IMG/VR virus record: IMGVR_UViG_3300035562_000082
Location: 53,595 to 117,594 of that record
Direction: 5' to 3' (one strand)
DNA: 64,000 nucleotides
From: a virus
Lineage: Duplodnaviria > Caudoviricetes
Made by a program: the position numbers and the translations under genes
The notes under the pieces: generated by a model
Told to the model about the DNA's origin: nothing
Database searches by the model: none
What the model saw: only the letters and a program-made list of their open reading frames with translations
Shown here: one piece after another, positions 53,683 through 62,686 of the stretch
Numbering within the stretch: the stretch's first letter is position 1
Layout: each line of letters begins with the position of its first letter

Positions 53683-54621
53683 ATGCTAGATTTTTTGCAC
53701 TTGCCGGAGTCCACGCATGCCGACGTGCAGGTTTTCACGGCCAATTCGACGGCCGCCGCGATCGGATTTTCCACGTGGAAGCGGCGCCGTGGCACAGTGA
53801 TGTGCCATGTAATCTGCCTGGGTCCGGGTGGTGGTGGCGGTGGTGGTTTCGTGGGCGCCGCGTCTGCGGCTGGTGGTGGTGGCGGTGGTGGATCTGGTGG
53901 TCAAAGTCAAGTGTTGATCCCGTGCTTGCTGTTGCCCAGTGTGCTCTATGTGAGCGTGGGCTATGGTGCCTTGGGTGGTGCAAGCGGTGCAGGTGGTGCA
54001 ACCGCGATCACAACGTTCGTGTCGGTAGTGCCTACCAATTTGGCCAGCGGTTTTATGGTGGCCTTGGCCAATGGTGGCGGAGGTGGCGCGGTGGGCGCGG
54101 CAAGCGGCGCGGCGGCTGCTGGTACAGCCGGCGCATCAGGTTTCGGTGGCTTCTACAGTTTTTCGGCGACTACGTTTCTTGCGGGTCAGGCAGGCGGCGC
54201 GGGCGGTACGGCAACCAGCGCGAGTTCTGGCACGCCTGTGGCGCTGACTAATACTGGCATCGTAGTGACCGGCGGTGGTGGAGGTGGGGCGATTGCCACT
54301 GCCGGCACAGGTGGGTCGGGTGGATCGGTTACACAGGTTGCGAATACGGACATCGTAGGTATACCGGGTGGTCCCGGCGCAAGCGGCAGCGCTGCTGGAT
54401 CGGCTGGATCTGATGGCGGTCAGGTGTTGCGCGAATTGTTCATGTTCTTCGGCGGTTCAGGTGCGGGTGGTTCAGGCCCAACTGGTGCTGGTACTGGGGG
54501 TCGTGGGGGTAAAGGTGGTTATGGATGTGGCGGCGGAGGTGGGGGCGCGATGTTCACGGGTGGTACCGCTGGCCGTGGCGGTGACGGCGGTGATGGTCTT
54601 GTAATCATCATTTCTTGGTAA
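53683..54621 (+). CDS. Glycine-rich tail fibre-associated protein
   Basis: Poly-Gly runs; ends GG-x-GGDGLVIIISW. Confidence 0.75.
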   Translation: MLDFLHLPESTHADVQVFTANSTAAAIGFSTWKRRRGTVMCHVICLGPGGGGGGGFVGAASAAGGGGGGGSGGQSQVLIPCLLLPSVLYVSVGYGALGGASGAGGATAITTFVSVVPTNLASGFMVALANGGGGGAVGAASGAAAAGTAGASGFGGFYSFSATTFLAGQAGGAGGTATSASSGTPVALTNTGIVVTGGGGGGAIATAGTGGSGGSVTQVANTDIVGIPGGPGASGSAAGSAGSDGGQVLRELFMFFGGSGAGGSGPTGAGTGGRGGKGGYGCGGGGGGAMFTGGTAGRGGDGGDGLVIIISW

Positions 54622-54762
54622 ACTTGATGAAGCCGCTATTTCGCCCTCCGCCGATTCCACGGCCCTGCCCGTCGCCCGTGCTCCCGGCACCACCACCGCC
54701 CCCCGCGCCTTTGCATAAAGCAATGTCTTTGCTTGGTTTGATCATAGTTTGGTAGCTTTAAA

Positions 54763-57700
54763 ATGCTCGGGTTTGAGTCTTTTTCCGAGCAGCCTATATC
54801 AACGCTGCCATCAATAGCGCAGCTATTCCCGGTTGGTTCAGGTTCGGTTGTTAGCGTCGGCTATGCGCCGACGGTGAATGTTCCGGCCGTTGGTAGCCCT
54901 GGTGTTGACGCACTGACGTTCACCGGCTATGCACCTACGGCCGCCGTTACTTGGTACGGCATTAAGAGCCGGCTACAAGGCCCAGTCAGCGCTCAATCGA
55001 TTTCCACAATACCTGTATCGAGCGGAACAGGTCAGGTTTTTGTTACCGCTGGTGTCGATGCCCTGGTGTTCACCGGCTATGCGCCAACGGTTTCCATTGG
55101 CGTAGGTCTTGGAACAACTGCATTGGCGTTCGTTGGTTATGCACCAACGGAAAGTACTGGGTATGTCAGTAGTCCAGGTGCCAATGTCTTGGCGTTGACT
55201 GGCTATGTTCCTACAGCGGTTTTAGGTACGGTTGTACAGCCGGGTATTGGGGCTTTTCCTCACGTTGTACAAACAACGTTGTTGTATTCCAACACCAGTT
55301 CGACAGTAGATAGCCTCGGTTTATCCTTTACTGTTTCTAATGCTGGTGATGAAATTGTTGTTTTTCTTTCTTATTACGACCTTAATACACCGGCTGATCA
55401 AGGGAATATAGCGTCGGTTTCGGACTCGGTTTCTGCTTCGTCGTTTACCGCTGGCCCCTCGGCTCACGATGCAACCATTGGATGGGTTCAATCTTTTTAC
55501 TTGTTGAATGCAGCGGCAGGGGCGCACACGCTGACGTTAACGTTCTCGCAGACTGGTCATAGTCAAGGGGCGGTTGTTTGGGGCTTGGAAGTTGTACCCG
55601 CTGTTTTTGACAACGGTTCAGCACAGATCCAAATAAGCACGGCTACTACGACCGATGCACTCAGCAGTGGTGCATGGACCACTGTTTTTAACGGCGATGT
55701 AGTTCTTGGGTTTGTTACAGGGTGGAATGCCGCTCCGCCACTTGCTGGAACTGGATTCGTTCGTCTTGGTTCAGATATACCGTCCGTTAGTGCGGTTGAG
55801 TCCAAGAATCAACCTACGGCTGGTACCGTTAGTGCCACGTGGACTGATCCCACTTCACAATTTGAGTCCGGGCAGATAGGGGTTGCCTTTGGTTTTCCTT
55901 CCGCAGCGTTGGTGCTCACGACCTACGCACCAAAATTTGATCAAGCGTTTGCTCCGGCCACGGATAGTGCGGTCTTAGCTGGCTATGTCCCGACGGTAGT
56001 CCAGGGTACGGCCGCATATCCGTTGGTCGGGGCACTGGCGTTCATCGGTTATATACCGACGGCCAGTATTGGGTACATTACGCGCCTTGGTGTTGGGGTA
56101 CTGAACTTCACGGGCTACGCACCGAATGAGGTGTTGGGTTACGTGGAGATCGAGGCCGCTGGGGCGCTGGTGTTCACCGGGTACAGCCCCTCATTATCGG
56201 TCAGCCAGACGGCTCAGACCGGCCCAGGATCAACGATCGTTACCGGGTGGGCACCCACCATAGGGGTGACCTACGCGATGCAGCCTGGGTCGATCCTGAT
56301 GGCCGGGTGGGCACCCACGGCGAGCACTGGGTTCCCGATCACGGCCAGTACGGGTGCATTGGCGATCACGACCTATGCACCGACGATCAGTATTGGCACG
56401 GTGGTAAATCCTGGTGTTGGTGCGTTGTCGGTCGTTGGCTACGCACCGAATGAGGTGACGGGATACGTTGAGGTTGAAGGCGCTGGTACGTTGGCTTTCA
56501 GCACCTACACACCCACGGTTGTCTTGGGCACGGTTGTTAATCCAGGTGTAGGAACTTTGAGTTTCACCGGTTACAGTCCGAATGAAGTACTGGGGTACAT
56601 TGAGTTCGAGGGTGCAGGGGTTTTGACACTGACTGGCTACGTTCCCAGTTTGACGATTGGGGATGTGGTTATATCTGGTGTTGGGGGGTTGGCGCTTGTT
56701 GGATATGCTCCGACGTTGGTGCTCGGGATTGTTGTACGTCCATTGGCGGGGGTGATCACTAGCACTGGGCAAGTTCCGACGTTTGGACTGGCGATTTCCA
56801 CTAATACGGGTGTACTAGGTTTTGCAGGTTATGCACCGTTTGCTAGTTTAGGTGTAAATGCGTATCCAGGTGCAGGAGCACTGAATTTTAGTGGGTATGC
56901 GCCGAATGAAGTTGTTGGTTACATTGAATTTGAAGGTGCGGGTGCCCTGGCGCTTGTTGGGTACGCACCAAGCACGTCTATTGGATATGTCATTGCGCCT
57001 GCTGTTGGAGCACTGTCGGTCATTGGACAGGCGCCAACGGTTGTTCTTGGGACTGTGGTGTTCCCATCGACGGGCACGATCGTTGGCGTTGGTTACGGTC
57101 CGACGTTTGGTCAGACGATCCCCACCAGCACTGGTACGTTGAATTTAGTTGGTTATGCATCGTTTGCCAGTCTTGGTGTAGTTGTTAGCCCACAAGTTGG
57201 TGGGCTGTCGCTGGCTGGGCAAGGGCTGTCGATCAGCATCGGCTATGTGCTCAATCCAGGTGCAGGGGCGTTGAATTTTAGTGAATACGCTGCTTTTGCA
57301 TCGTATGGATTGAATTTCACACCGGCAGCCGGAAGTCTGGCGATCATCGGCTGGCAATCAATTGCCGTTCAAGGACTGGACTTTTATCCTGGTCAAGCGA
57401 GTTTGTTGATCACCGGGCTTGGCCCGACGTTTGATCTACGGGTGCCGGAAGGCGTTGGTGTAGCGGCTTTTGCAGGCTATGGACCGTCGGCATCAATAGG
57501 TTATGTAGTTGGACCGTCCACCAAGGCGCTGGGTTTCAGCACGTACGCGCCTAGTTCGTCCATGGGTTTTGTGTACGGCCCAACGACGGACGCGATTGCC
57601 ATCGTAGGTCTCTCCCCAGCGATGTCGATTGGGTACGTGCTGACGCCGGCTGCTGGCGCTATGGCATTAACGGGCTATGGCCCGAGTATGGCCTTTGGGC

Positions 57701-59481
57701 AGTCGGTGTTGCCGGCGGTTGGATCATTGGGATTGACTGGTTACGCACCGTCGTTGTTGACGAACTACATAGTCAATCCGGCGACCGCCAGTTTGTTTAT
57801 CGTTGGTCAGTTTGTGGGTGGAAGTTTTGGTGAGACCCCAGGAACGGCCGCACTGAATTTCAGTGGTTATGCTCTGAGTGCGTTGTACGCACAGTACGTA
57901 CAACCAGCGCAAGCGCAGTTGCAGTTGGTGGGCCGTACTCCGACGATCGTGTACGGCATGGTGGCTGTACCTGGGGTTGGCACAGCGACGTTCAGCACGT
58001 ACGTTCCAGTGGTGGTCGTTGGGTCTGTGCGTGCTACGGCTCAAGCGACATTAGGGCTGACGGGCTACGCACCGACGACAAGCATTGGCACCGTACGAAC
58101 ACCGGCTACAAGGGCAATCAGCACGAGCGGTTATGGACCGGCGTTTGATCTGGGTGCCTACCCGTCTACAGTGCCGTTGGCGCTTGCAGGATGGTCCCCA
58201 GGAACGTCGATCGGGTATGACCTAGCGCCTGCCGTAGGGGGCGTGTCGATCGTTGGTCGTAGCCCGACCCTGCGCCTTGGGACGGTCGTGGTTCCGACGG
58301 TCGGTAGTGTGCTGTTGACGGGCCAAACACCGTCTACGTCATTGGGTGCGGTGGAAGTTCCGGCAGCGGATGCACTGTCGTTTGCTGGCCAAATACCGAC
58401 GTTGTTGACCGTCTATGCATCTGGTACGGGTAGCGTGGTGTTCACGAACTACGCGCCGTTCCCGGCAATCGATTTCCAGCAGCAACCGCTGTCAGCGGTT
58501 GTGCAGTTTACGGGCTATGCACCGGAAGTTGGGTTGTCCGAACAGCCGCCGACGGACGTGCTGTCGATCTCTGGGTGGGCACCGACGATAGATCTGGGTG
58601 TAGCAGTAGCTGCTGTTGACCTGAGTTTGATCGGCTATGCCCCCTTGACATCGGCTGAGGCGGTGTTAACGCCGGATTCAGCGGTGTTGAGCGCCGTTGG
58701 CTATGCACCGGTAGTGGCCGTGACCGAACAGCCGGGGGTTGATGTACTGACGATCACCGGCTATCCGTTGACGTTGGATCTTGGATTACCAACGACGGTT
58801 TATCAACTCAAGGTCGTTGGTTATGGTCCGTTATTGTCCACGCAGTATTTGATTCAACCTGTGGCTTTGCAATTGCAGGGGTGGGCGCCGCGTGTTGACC
58901 TTGGTGAGCAACTACCAACGGACGTGCTGTCGGTTGTTGGGCAAGCACCGATGCTGGATCTCGGGCTGTCAGTGGCTTCAGCGGTATTGGCATTTGCAGG
59001 CCATGCACCGACGTTTGTGATTGAGGCCCCAACACGTCCAGGAGCACTTGATTTTACTGGTTATGCACCAACGGCTAGTGTGGGGTTTGAGCTTACGCCG
59101 GTTGTTGGTGGTATTACGTTAACCGGGCAATCACCCACGGTAGTGCGGGGTGTGCTTGAGCCCGTGGCAGTGGATGTGCTGTCGGTCGTTGGTTGGGCGC
59201 CGACCGTTGGCTTTGGGACGGTGATTCCAGTTCTTGAAGAACGGATCATCTGTGTAGGTGCGTCGCCCGTACTTGATCTGTTGATCCCGAGCTTAGTTGG
59301 GGGTATTCAAGTATTTGGAGAAAGCCCAACAATTGTGTTGGGGTTTATAGAAGGACCTCAGTTCAAGGATCTGACGCTCACAGGGTATAGCCCGACACTT
59401 GTTTTTGGGTACCCAACGGTTAGCTTCGGTACGGTATTCAGCGCATACTCAGACGGAGTTTTACGGGTATTTATTTCCTGA
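54763..59481 (+). CDS. Large repetitive fibre/surface protein (~24-25 aa G-x-L-x-x-x-GYAPT repeats)
   Basis: 1572 aa; tandem repeats throughout except one unique domain at about 55260-55900. Confidence 0.8.
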   Translation: MLGFESFSEQPISTLPSIAQLFPVGSGSVVSVGYAPTVNVPAVGSPGVDALTFTGYAPTAAVTWYGIKSRLQGPVSAQSISTIPVSSGTGQVFVTAGVDALVFTGYAPTVSIGVGLGTTALAFVGYAPTESTGYVSSPGANVLALTGYVPTAVLGTVVQPGIGAFPHVVQTTLLYSNTSSTVDSLGLSFTVSNAGDEIVVFLSYYDLNTPADQGNIASVSDSVSASSFTAGPSAHDATIGWVQSFYLLNAAAGAHTLTLTFSQTGHSQGAVVWGLEVVPAVFDNGSAQIQISTATTTDALSSGAWTTVFNGDVVLGFVTGWNAAPPLAGTGFVRLGSDIPSVSAVESKNQPTAGTVSATWTDPTSQFESGQIGVAFGFPSAALVLTTYAPKFDQAFAPATDSAVLAGYVPTVVQGTAAYPLVGALAFIGYIPTASIGYITRLGVGVLNFTGYAPNEVLGYVEIEAAGALVFTGYSPSLSVSQTAQTGPGSTIVTGWAPTIGVTYAMQPGSILMAGWAPTASTGFPITASTGALAITTYAPTISIGTVVNPGVGALSVVGYAPNEVTGYVEVEGAGTLAFSTYTPTVVLGTVVNPGVGTLSFTGYSPNEVLGYIEFEGAGVLTLTGYVPSLTIGDVVISGVGGLALVGYAPTLVLGIVVRPLAGVITSTGQVPTFGLAISTNTGVLGFAGYAPFASLGVNAYPGAGALNFSGYAPNEVVGYIEFEGAGALALVGYAPSTSIGYVIAPAVGALSVIGQAPTVVLGTVVFPSTGTIVGVGYGPTFGQTIPTSTGTLNLVGYASFASLGVVVSPQVGGLSLAGQGLSISIGYVLNPGAGALNFSEYAAFASYGLNFTPAAGSLAIIGWQSIAVQGLDFYPGQASLLITGLGPTFDLRVPEGVGVAAFAGYGPSASIGYVVGPSTKALGFSTYAPSSSMGFVYGPTTDAIAIVGLSPAMSIGYVLTPAAGAMALTGYGPSMAFGQSVLPAVGSLGLTGYAPSLLTNYIVNPATASLFIVGQFVGGSFGETPGTAALNFSGYALSALYAQYVQPAQAQLQLVGRTPTIVYGMVAVPGVGTATFSTYVPVVVVGSVRATAQATLGLTGYAPTTSIGTVRTPATRAISTSGYGPAFDLGAYPSTVPLALAGWSPGTSIGYDLAPAVGGVSIVGRSPTLRLGTVVVPTVGSVLLTGQTPSTSLGAVEVPAADALSFAGQIPTLLTVYASGTGSVVFTNYAPFPAIDFQQQPLSAVVQFTGYAPEVGLSEQPPTDVLSISGWAPTIDLGVAVAAVDLSLIGYAPLTSAEAVLTPDSAVLSAVGYAPVVAVTEQPGVDVLTITGYPLTLDLGLPTTVYQLKVVGYGPLLSTQYLIQPVALQLQGWAPRVDLGEQLPTDVLSVVGQAPMLDLGLSVASAVLAFAGHAPTFVIEAPTRPGALDFTGYAPTASVGFELTPVVGGITLTGQSPTVVRGVLEPVAVDVLSVVGWAPTVGFGTVIPVLEERIICVGASPVLDLLIPSLVGGIQVFGESPTIVLGFIEGPQFKDLTLTGYSPTLVFGYPTVSFGTVFSAYSDGVLRVFIS

Positions 59482-59576
59482 GTTCGGACGATCAAACACC
59501 GTGTGTTTGCGGTAGTGTGCCGGGTTAAGTTGTGCGCGGTAGTTCAACCGGTAGTAGATTCCTATGGGTGACGATC

Positions 59577-59909
59577 ATGCACGGAAATTTTTGGAAAATG
59601 ATCTTGAGAGACTTTTGGTTGGTCTTGGCGTTGATGATGATCGGCGGACTGCTGGTGGTGATAAGCACGCCGTTGGCAAAGATCGTAGGCGAACCGGCGT
59701 TCGCACCCTGGGGCCTGTTTACCGGCGGCGTGTTCTTCATTGCGGCGTTGAGTCACATCATTCGCCGGCTGTTCTTTCACCCGCTGTCGATGCATGTGTT
59801 TGCCCAGGAGGCGATGAAGAGCCCCGCTGGCGCGGGATTGGTGGTGCTCGGTATGTGCGTTGTGCTCTCGGCGTTCGTTATGGTCATGGGCAATATGTTG
59901 AGGATCTAA
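59577..59909 (+). CDS. Holin (three TM segments)
   Basis: Three hydrophobic segments; directly upstream of the endolysin. Confidence 0.7.
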   Translation: MHGNFWKMILRDFWLVLALMMIGGLLVVISTPLAKIVGEPAFAPWGLFTGGVFFIAALSHIIRRLFFHPLSMHVFAQEAMKSPAGAGLVVLGMCVVLSAFVMVMGNMLRI

Positions 59910-59920
59910 CGTTGAGGGAA

Positions 59921-60607
59921 TTGATTTGGTTCATTGTTTGGTGTTTTGTGGTGCTGGGGCTGCTATTGGCCACGGCCTACCATAAGGCCCATGGGCAGGT
60001 GCCGGTTAACGCCAAAGAGTACCTGCCGTTGTTGGTGGACGAACAGCATCAGCGGTGGCCAGATCATCCAACGCCTACGCTTGCGGCTCAAGTTGAGCAA
60101 GAAACCTGTATTTCGCTGACCTCCAAGGGCTGTTGGAATCCCCACACAGAGTTGAAGACCAGTAGGGAGTACGGGTTTGGTCTTGGGCAGGTTACAGTTA
60201 CTGACAGATTTAATACGTTTAATGAAGAGCAAAAACTTGATCAATCGCTCAAGAACTGGCAATGGGATGATCGGTACGATCCGCGCATGCAACTGCGGGG
60301 GCTGGTGTTGAAGGACCGACAGTTGTACAATCTGATTCAAGGGGCAGCTACTGATGTTGACCATTTGGCCTTTGTGTTCGCTGCGTATAATGGCGGCTTG
60401 GGCGGAGTATTATCGGACAGGAGGGTCTGTGCGGCCACACCTGACTGTGATCCAGGGCGGTGGTTCGGGCAGGTCGAGCGTACGAGCCTTAAAGCCCATA
60501 CTGTGGTTAGTGGGTACGGACAAAGTTTTTTCGACATCAACCGCCGGTACGTGCATAATATCCTCCTTGTCAGACCCACGAAATACCAACCGTTTTTCAA
60601 GGAGTAA
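59921..60607 (+). CDS. Endolysin, lytic transglycosylase (SLT) type with an N-terminal signal/TM
   Basis: AAQVEQE catalytic Glu, GLGQ, AAYNGG; TTG start after GAGGGA chosen over the longer ORF from 59564. Confidence 0.8.
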   Translation: MIWFIVWCFVVLGLLLATAYHKAHGQVPVNAKEYLPLLVDEQHQRWPDHPTPTLAAQVEQETCISLTSKGCWNPHTELKTSREYGFGLGQVTVTDRFNTFNEEQKLDQSLKNWQWDDRYDPRMQLRGLVLKDRQLYNLIQGAATDVDHLAFVFAAYNGGLGGVLSDRRVCAATPDCDPGRWFGQVERTSLKAHTVVSGYGQSFFDINRRYVHNILLVRPTKYQPFFKE

Positions 60608-60612
60608 AGACG

Positions 60613-60981
60613 ATGCAGACCCAATTACATTGGGCCGGGTGCACAAACCACTTTGATGTAAAAACCGGAGTTCGTAGTGCGCGGGTTGAGTTCGTCTCCG
60701 GTGAACAGGTGATGACCGGCGAAGGACTACAACCGCATACGCGGTTGACGGTGACCGTCGATGGGGATACGGCGAACACCATGCAGCGGTTGAAGTATTT
60801 TGTGGTGATGTTGGTGCCTGAGACCCCGGTGGTAGAGCCCATGGTTTCAGCCGCTGGCAACGGTGGCTCGCCGGATCTTACGGCGGCTGAAGTACAGGGT
60901 AAAGAACAGGTGATAACCATTGGTCCCAGTGCGCGCAAAGCCGCTGCGGCTAAGGCAGCGGAGAAACCGGCTGGCAATTGA
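60613..60981 (+). CDS. Hypothetical protein
   Basis: AAGGAG RBS. Confidence 0.6.
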   Translation: MQTQLHWAGCTNHFDVKTGVRSARVEFVSGEQVMTGEGLQPHTRLTVTVDGDTANTMQRLKYFVVMLVPETPVVEPMVSAAGNGGSPDLTAAEVQGKEQVITIGPSARKAAAAKAAEKPAGN

Positions 60982-61265
60982 TTGCAGTTTCTGAACTGCC
61001 GATTGAACTGGTGGCTGTTCTTCAGGTTCGGCTGTCGCCGAGTCAAGAGCAGGCGGTAATCAGTTGGGCGGAGGACGTGCTGCACCATCGTGTGCAAGGC
61101 CCGGAGACCGGGCTTGTGGATAGCCGGTTGGTTTATCATTTAAATCATCGGAACTTTCAAATCGCGGCAGCGGAATTCAGTAAGTGGTGTTTGGTTTGTG
61201 GTAGACCAAGTTCTACGATGTTGAAGAAACGTCGGGAGGAACAGGCGTTGTTTCGGAGGGGCTGA
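60978..61265 (+). pseudogene. C-terminal lobe of a GH24 lysozyme lacking the catalytic N-terminus
   Basis: L-x3-Q-x-x-AVISW...LN-x5-AAAEFSKW...G......KKRREEQALF; no E-x8-D-x5-T motif. Confidence 0.6.
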
Positions 61266-61894
61266 TGTTGCTGGCGTTGCTGTTGAAGCTTGGGCTGGGT
61301 AGTCCATTGGCAACGGCCATCGAGAAGATCCTGAGTGTGATCTGGCTGTATGTACTGGCGATCGGGTGTTTGTTCGGCTGCTATTGGTACGGCGGGCATC
61401 AAGAGCACAAGATCTGGCAGATTAAGATCAAGGACTACGAACAGCGGCTCGCGGCGGCCGAACAGGATAGAGATCAGAAGATCTCGCAAATGCAGGCGGA
61501 TCATAAACTGGCGCTGGCAGAACTACAAACGGCATTGGAGACAGAAAAAGCACGTAAACAACAGGTGCAGACGATCATCAAGGAGGTACCGAAATATGTT
61601 ACGGCCAAGGCTGATGCTCAGTGCGTTCTTACTGCTGGATTTGTCAGCCTGCTCAACCTGCCCCTCCAAAGTCCCGGGGTCTCTGCCGGAGTTCCCGCCG
61701 GCCCTGCCCGAGATGTTGACGCCCCGGCCGGAGTTGCAGCGTCTGCCGTTGCCCAAATTGTCGCCACCAACTACACCGAGTGTACCGAGCGTGGGACAGT
61801 CATAGACCTGTGGCAGAAGTGGTACGTGAAAAGCAAGGCCGAATGGGATGCGCTGAAGGCCAATATGCCCAATGCACCGGCTGTCCCACACTAA
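61265..61894 (+). CDS. Rz: Inner-membrane spanin (Rz-like), copy 2
   Basis: N-terminal TM, coiled coil, TIIKEVPKYV...C-x-L-x-x-GFV. Confidence 0.8.
   Translation: MLLALLLKLGLGSPLATAIEKILSVIWLYVLAIGCLFGCYWYGGHQEHKIWQIKIKDYEQRLAAAEQDRDQKISQMQADHKLALAELQTALETEKARKQQVQTIIKEVPKYVTAKADAQCVLTAGFVSLLNLPLQSPGVSAGVPAGPARDVDAPAGVAASAVAQIVATNYTECTERGTVIDLWQKWYVKSKAEWDALKANMPNAPAVPH
61596..61805 (+). CDS. Rz1: Embedded outer-membrane lipoprotein spanin (Rz1-like), copy 2
   Basis: AGGAGG RBS; MLRPRLMLSAFLLLDLSA/C lipobox; Pro-rich; +1 frame inside Rz. Confidence 0.75.
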   Translation: MLRPRLMLSAFLLLDLSACSTCPSKVPGSLPEFPPALPEMLTPRPELQRLPLPKLSPPTTPSVPSVGQS

Positions 61895-61898
61895 GGGC

Positions 61899-61927
61899 TT
61901 GACAATCCGCTTGGATTGGGTTATGGT
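61899..61927 (+). promoter_or_regulatory. sigma70-type promoter TTGACA-N17-TATGGT
   Basis: Perfect -35 at the boundary between lysis and non-structural genes. Confidence 0.6.
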
Positions 61928-62104
61928 GGCGGTTTCGACAAAGGAGTTGTCGGATGAACGAGCAGGATTTGGTACTCTGGGTGTTGCGTTGGTGGGCTCT
62001 TCATAAGGACGATCTGAAGCAGACCGGTACAGATAGTTTCCAAAAAATCTATCTGCGTAAACCCGCGTTTGTACGACTGGCTGAGAAGCTGGCGGGGCAA
62101 GCAG

Positions 62105-62452
62105 ATGGATGATCTACCGTCGTTGTACCAGCGGCTGTACGAGATCACGGGTCCGAAGTGCAGGACCGAGTGCCGGCTTCCACAGTCCTGTTGCTCGCCT
62201 GAGTACTGTGAAATAGCCATCGAGTTTGCCCAGGAAGAGGGCATCGAATTGGCGCGTACGGATCATCCGAAGCTGCCGTTGATGGGTCCGGCAGGCTGTA
62301 CGGCGCCGCCGCACCTACGGCCGATGTGCACGCGGCACCTGTGCTCGATCAACGGCCTGGGTATGGACCGGGATCCGGTGTTCAACCGCAAGTACTTTCG
62401 GCTGATTGAACAGATCGACCGACTGGAGTTGGAGAAGTACGAACCGAAGTGA
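62105..62452 (+). CDS. Cys-rich hypothetical protein (YkgJ-like metal cluster pattern)
   Basis: C-x3-C...CC...C...GC...RPMC-x3-C. Confidence 0.6.
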   Translation: MDDLPSLYQRLYEITGPKCRTECRLPQSCCSPEYCEIAIEFAQEEGIELARTDHPKLPLMGPAGCTAPPHLRPMCTRHLCSINGLGMDRDPVFNRKYFRLIEQIDRLELEKYEPK

Positions 62453-62476
62453 GGATGAAATGGGACTGGACAATCT

Positions 62477-62686
62477 GTGAAAGTCGCGGCAGTGCTTTGG
62501 TGCCTTTTGCCCTGGGTGTGCGTGTTCATGGGCTGGGGCATGATTGGTAATGCGCGAGAGGTTATTAAATTAGCCGCGATCATATTCTTGGTCCTGTGGA
62601 CGCCCTTGCACGCCCTGTATTTGATAATGTTCTGGCCGGATTTGAAAAAGAGCCTAGAAGATGTTCAACGAAGCTCTCCTAGCTAA
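62477..62686 (+). CDS. Small two-TM membrane protein
   Basis: Two hydrophobic segments. Confidence 0.45.
   Translation: MKVAAVLWCLLPWVCVFMGWGMIGNAREVIKLAAIIFLVLWTPLHALYLIMFWPDLKKSLEDVQRSSPS

Larger units (their letters stand above)
585..60985. repeat. Dispersed 12-bp near-palindrome GCAATTGATTGC (13 exact, 2 one-mismatch copies)
   Basis: + strand: 13366, 16133, 24842, 28820, 33687, 37845, 42781, 47243, 51206, 60974; - strand: 18788, 25569, 57354; variant GCAACTGATTGC at 585 (+) and 8514 (-). Confidence 0.92.

Noticed and set aside
42810-59481. Diversity-generating retroelement or invertase-driven fibre switching
   Set aside because: No reverse transcriptase, recombinase or near-identical TR/VR pair noticed
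59564-59920. Long N-terminal extension of the endolysin
   Set aside because: Overlaps the holin in another frame and looks like non-coding translation; an RBS supports the later start
585-60985. CRISPR array or integron attC interpretation of the dispersed repeat
   Set aside because: Copies are 12-14 bp, kilobases apart and often inside CDSs; no cas or integrase gene seen
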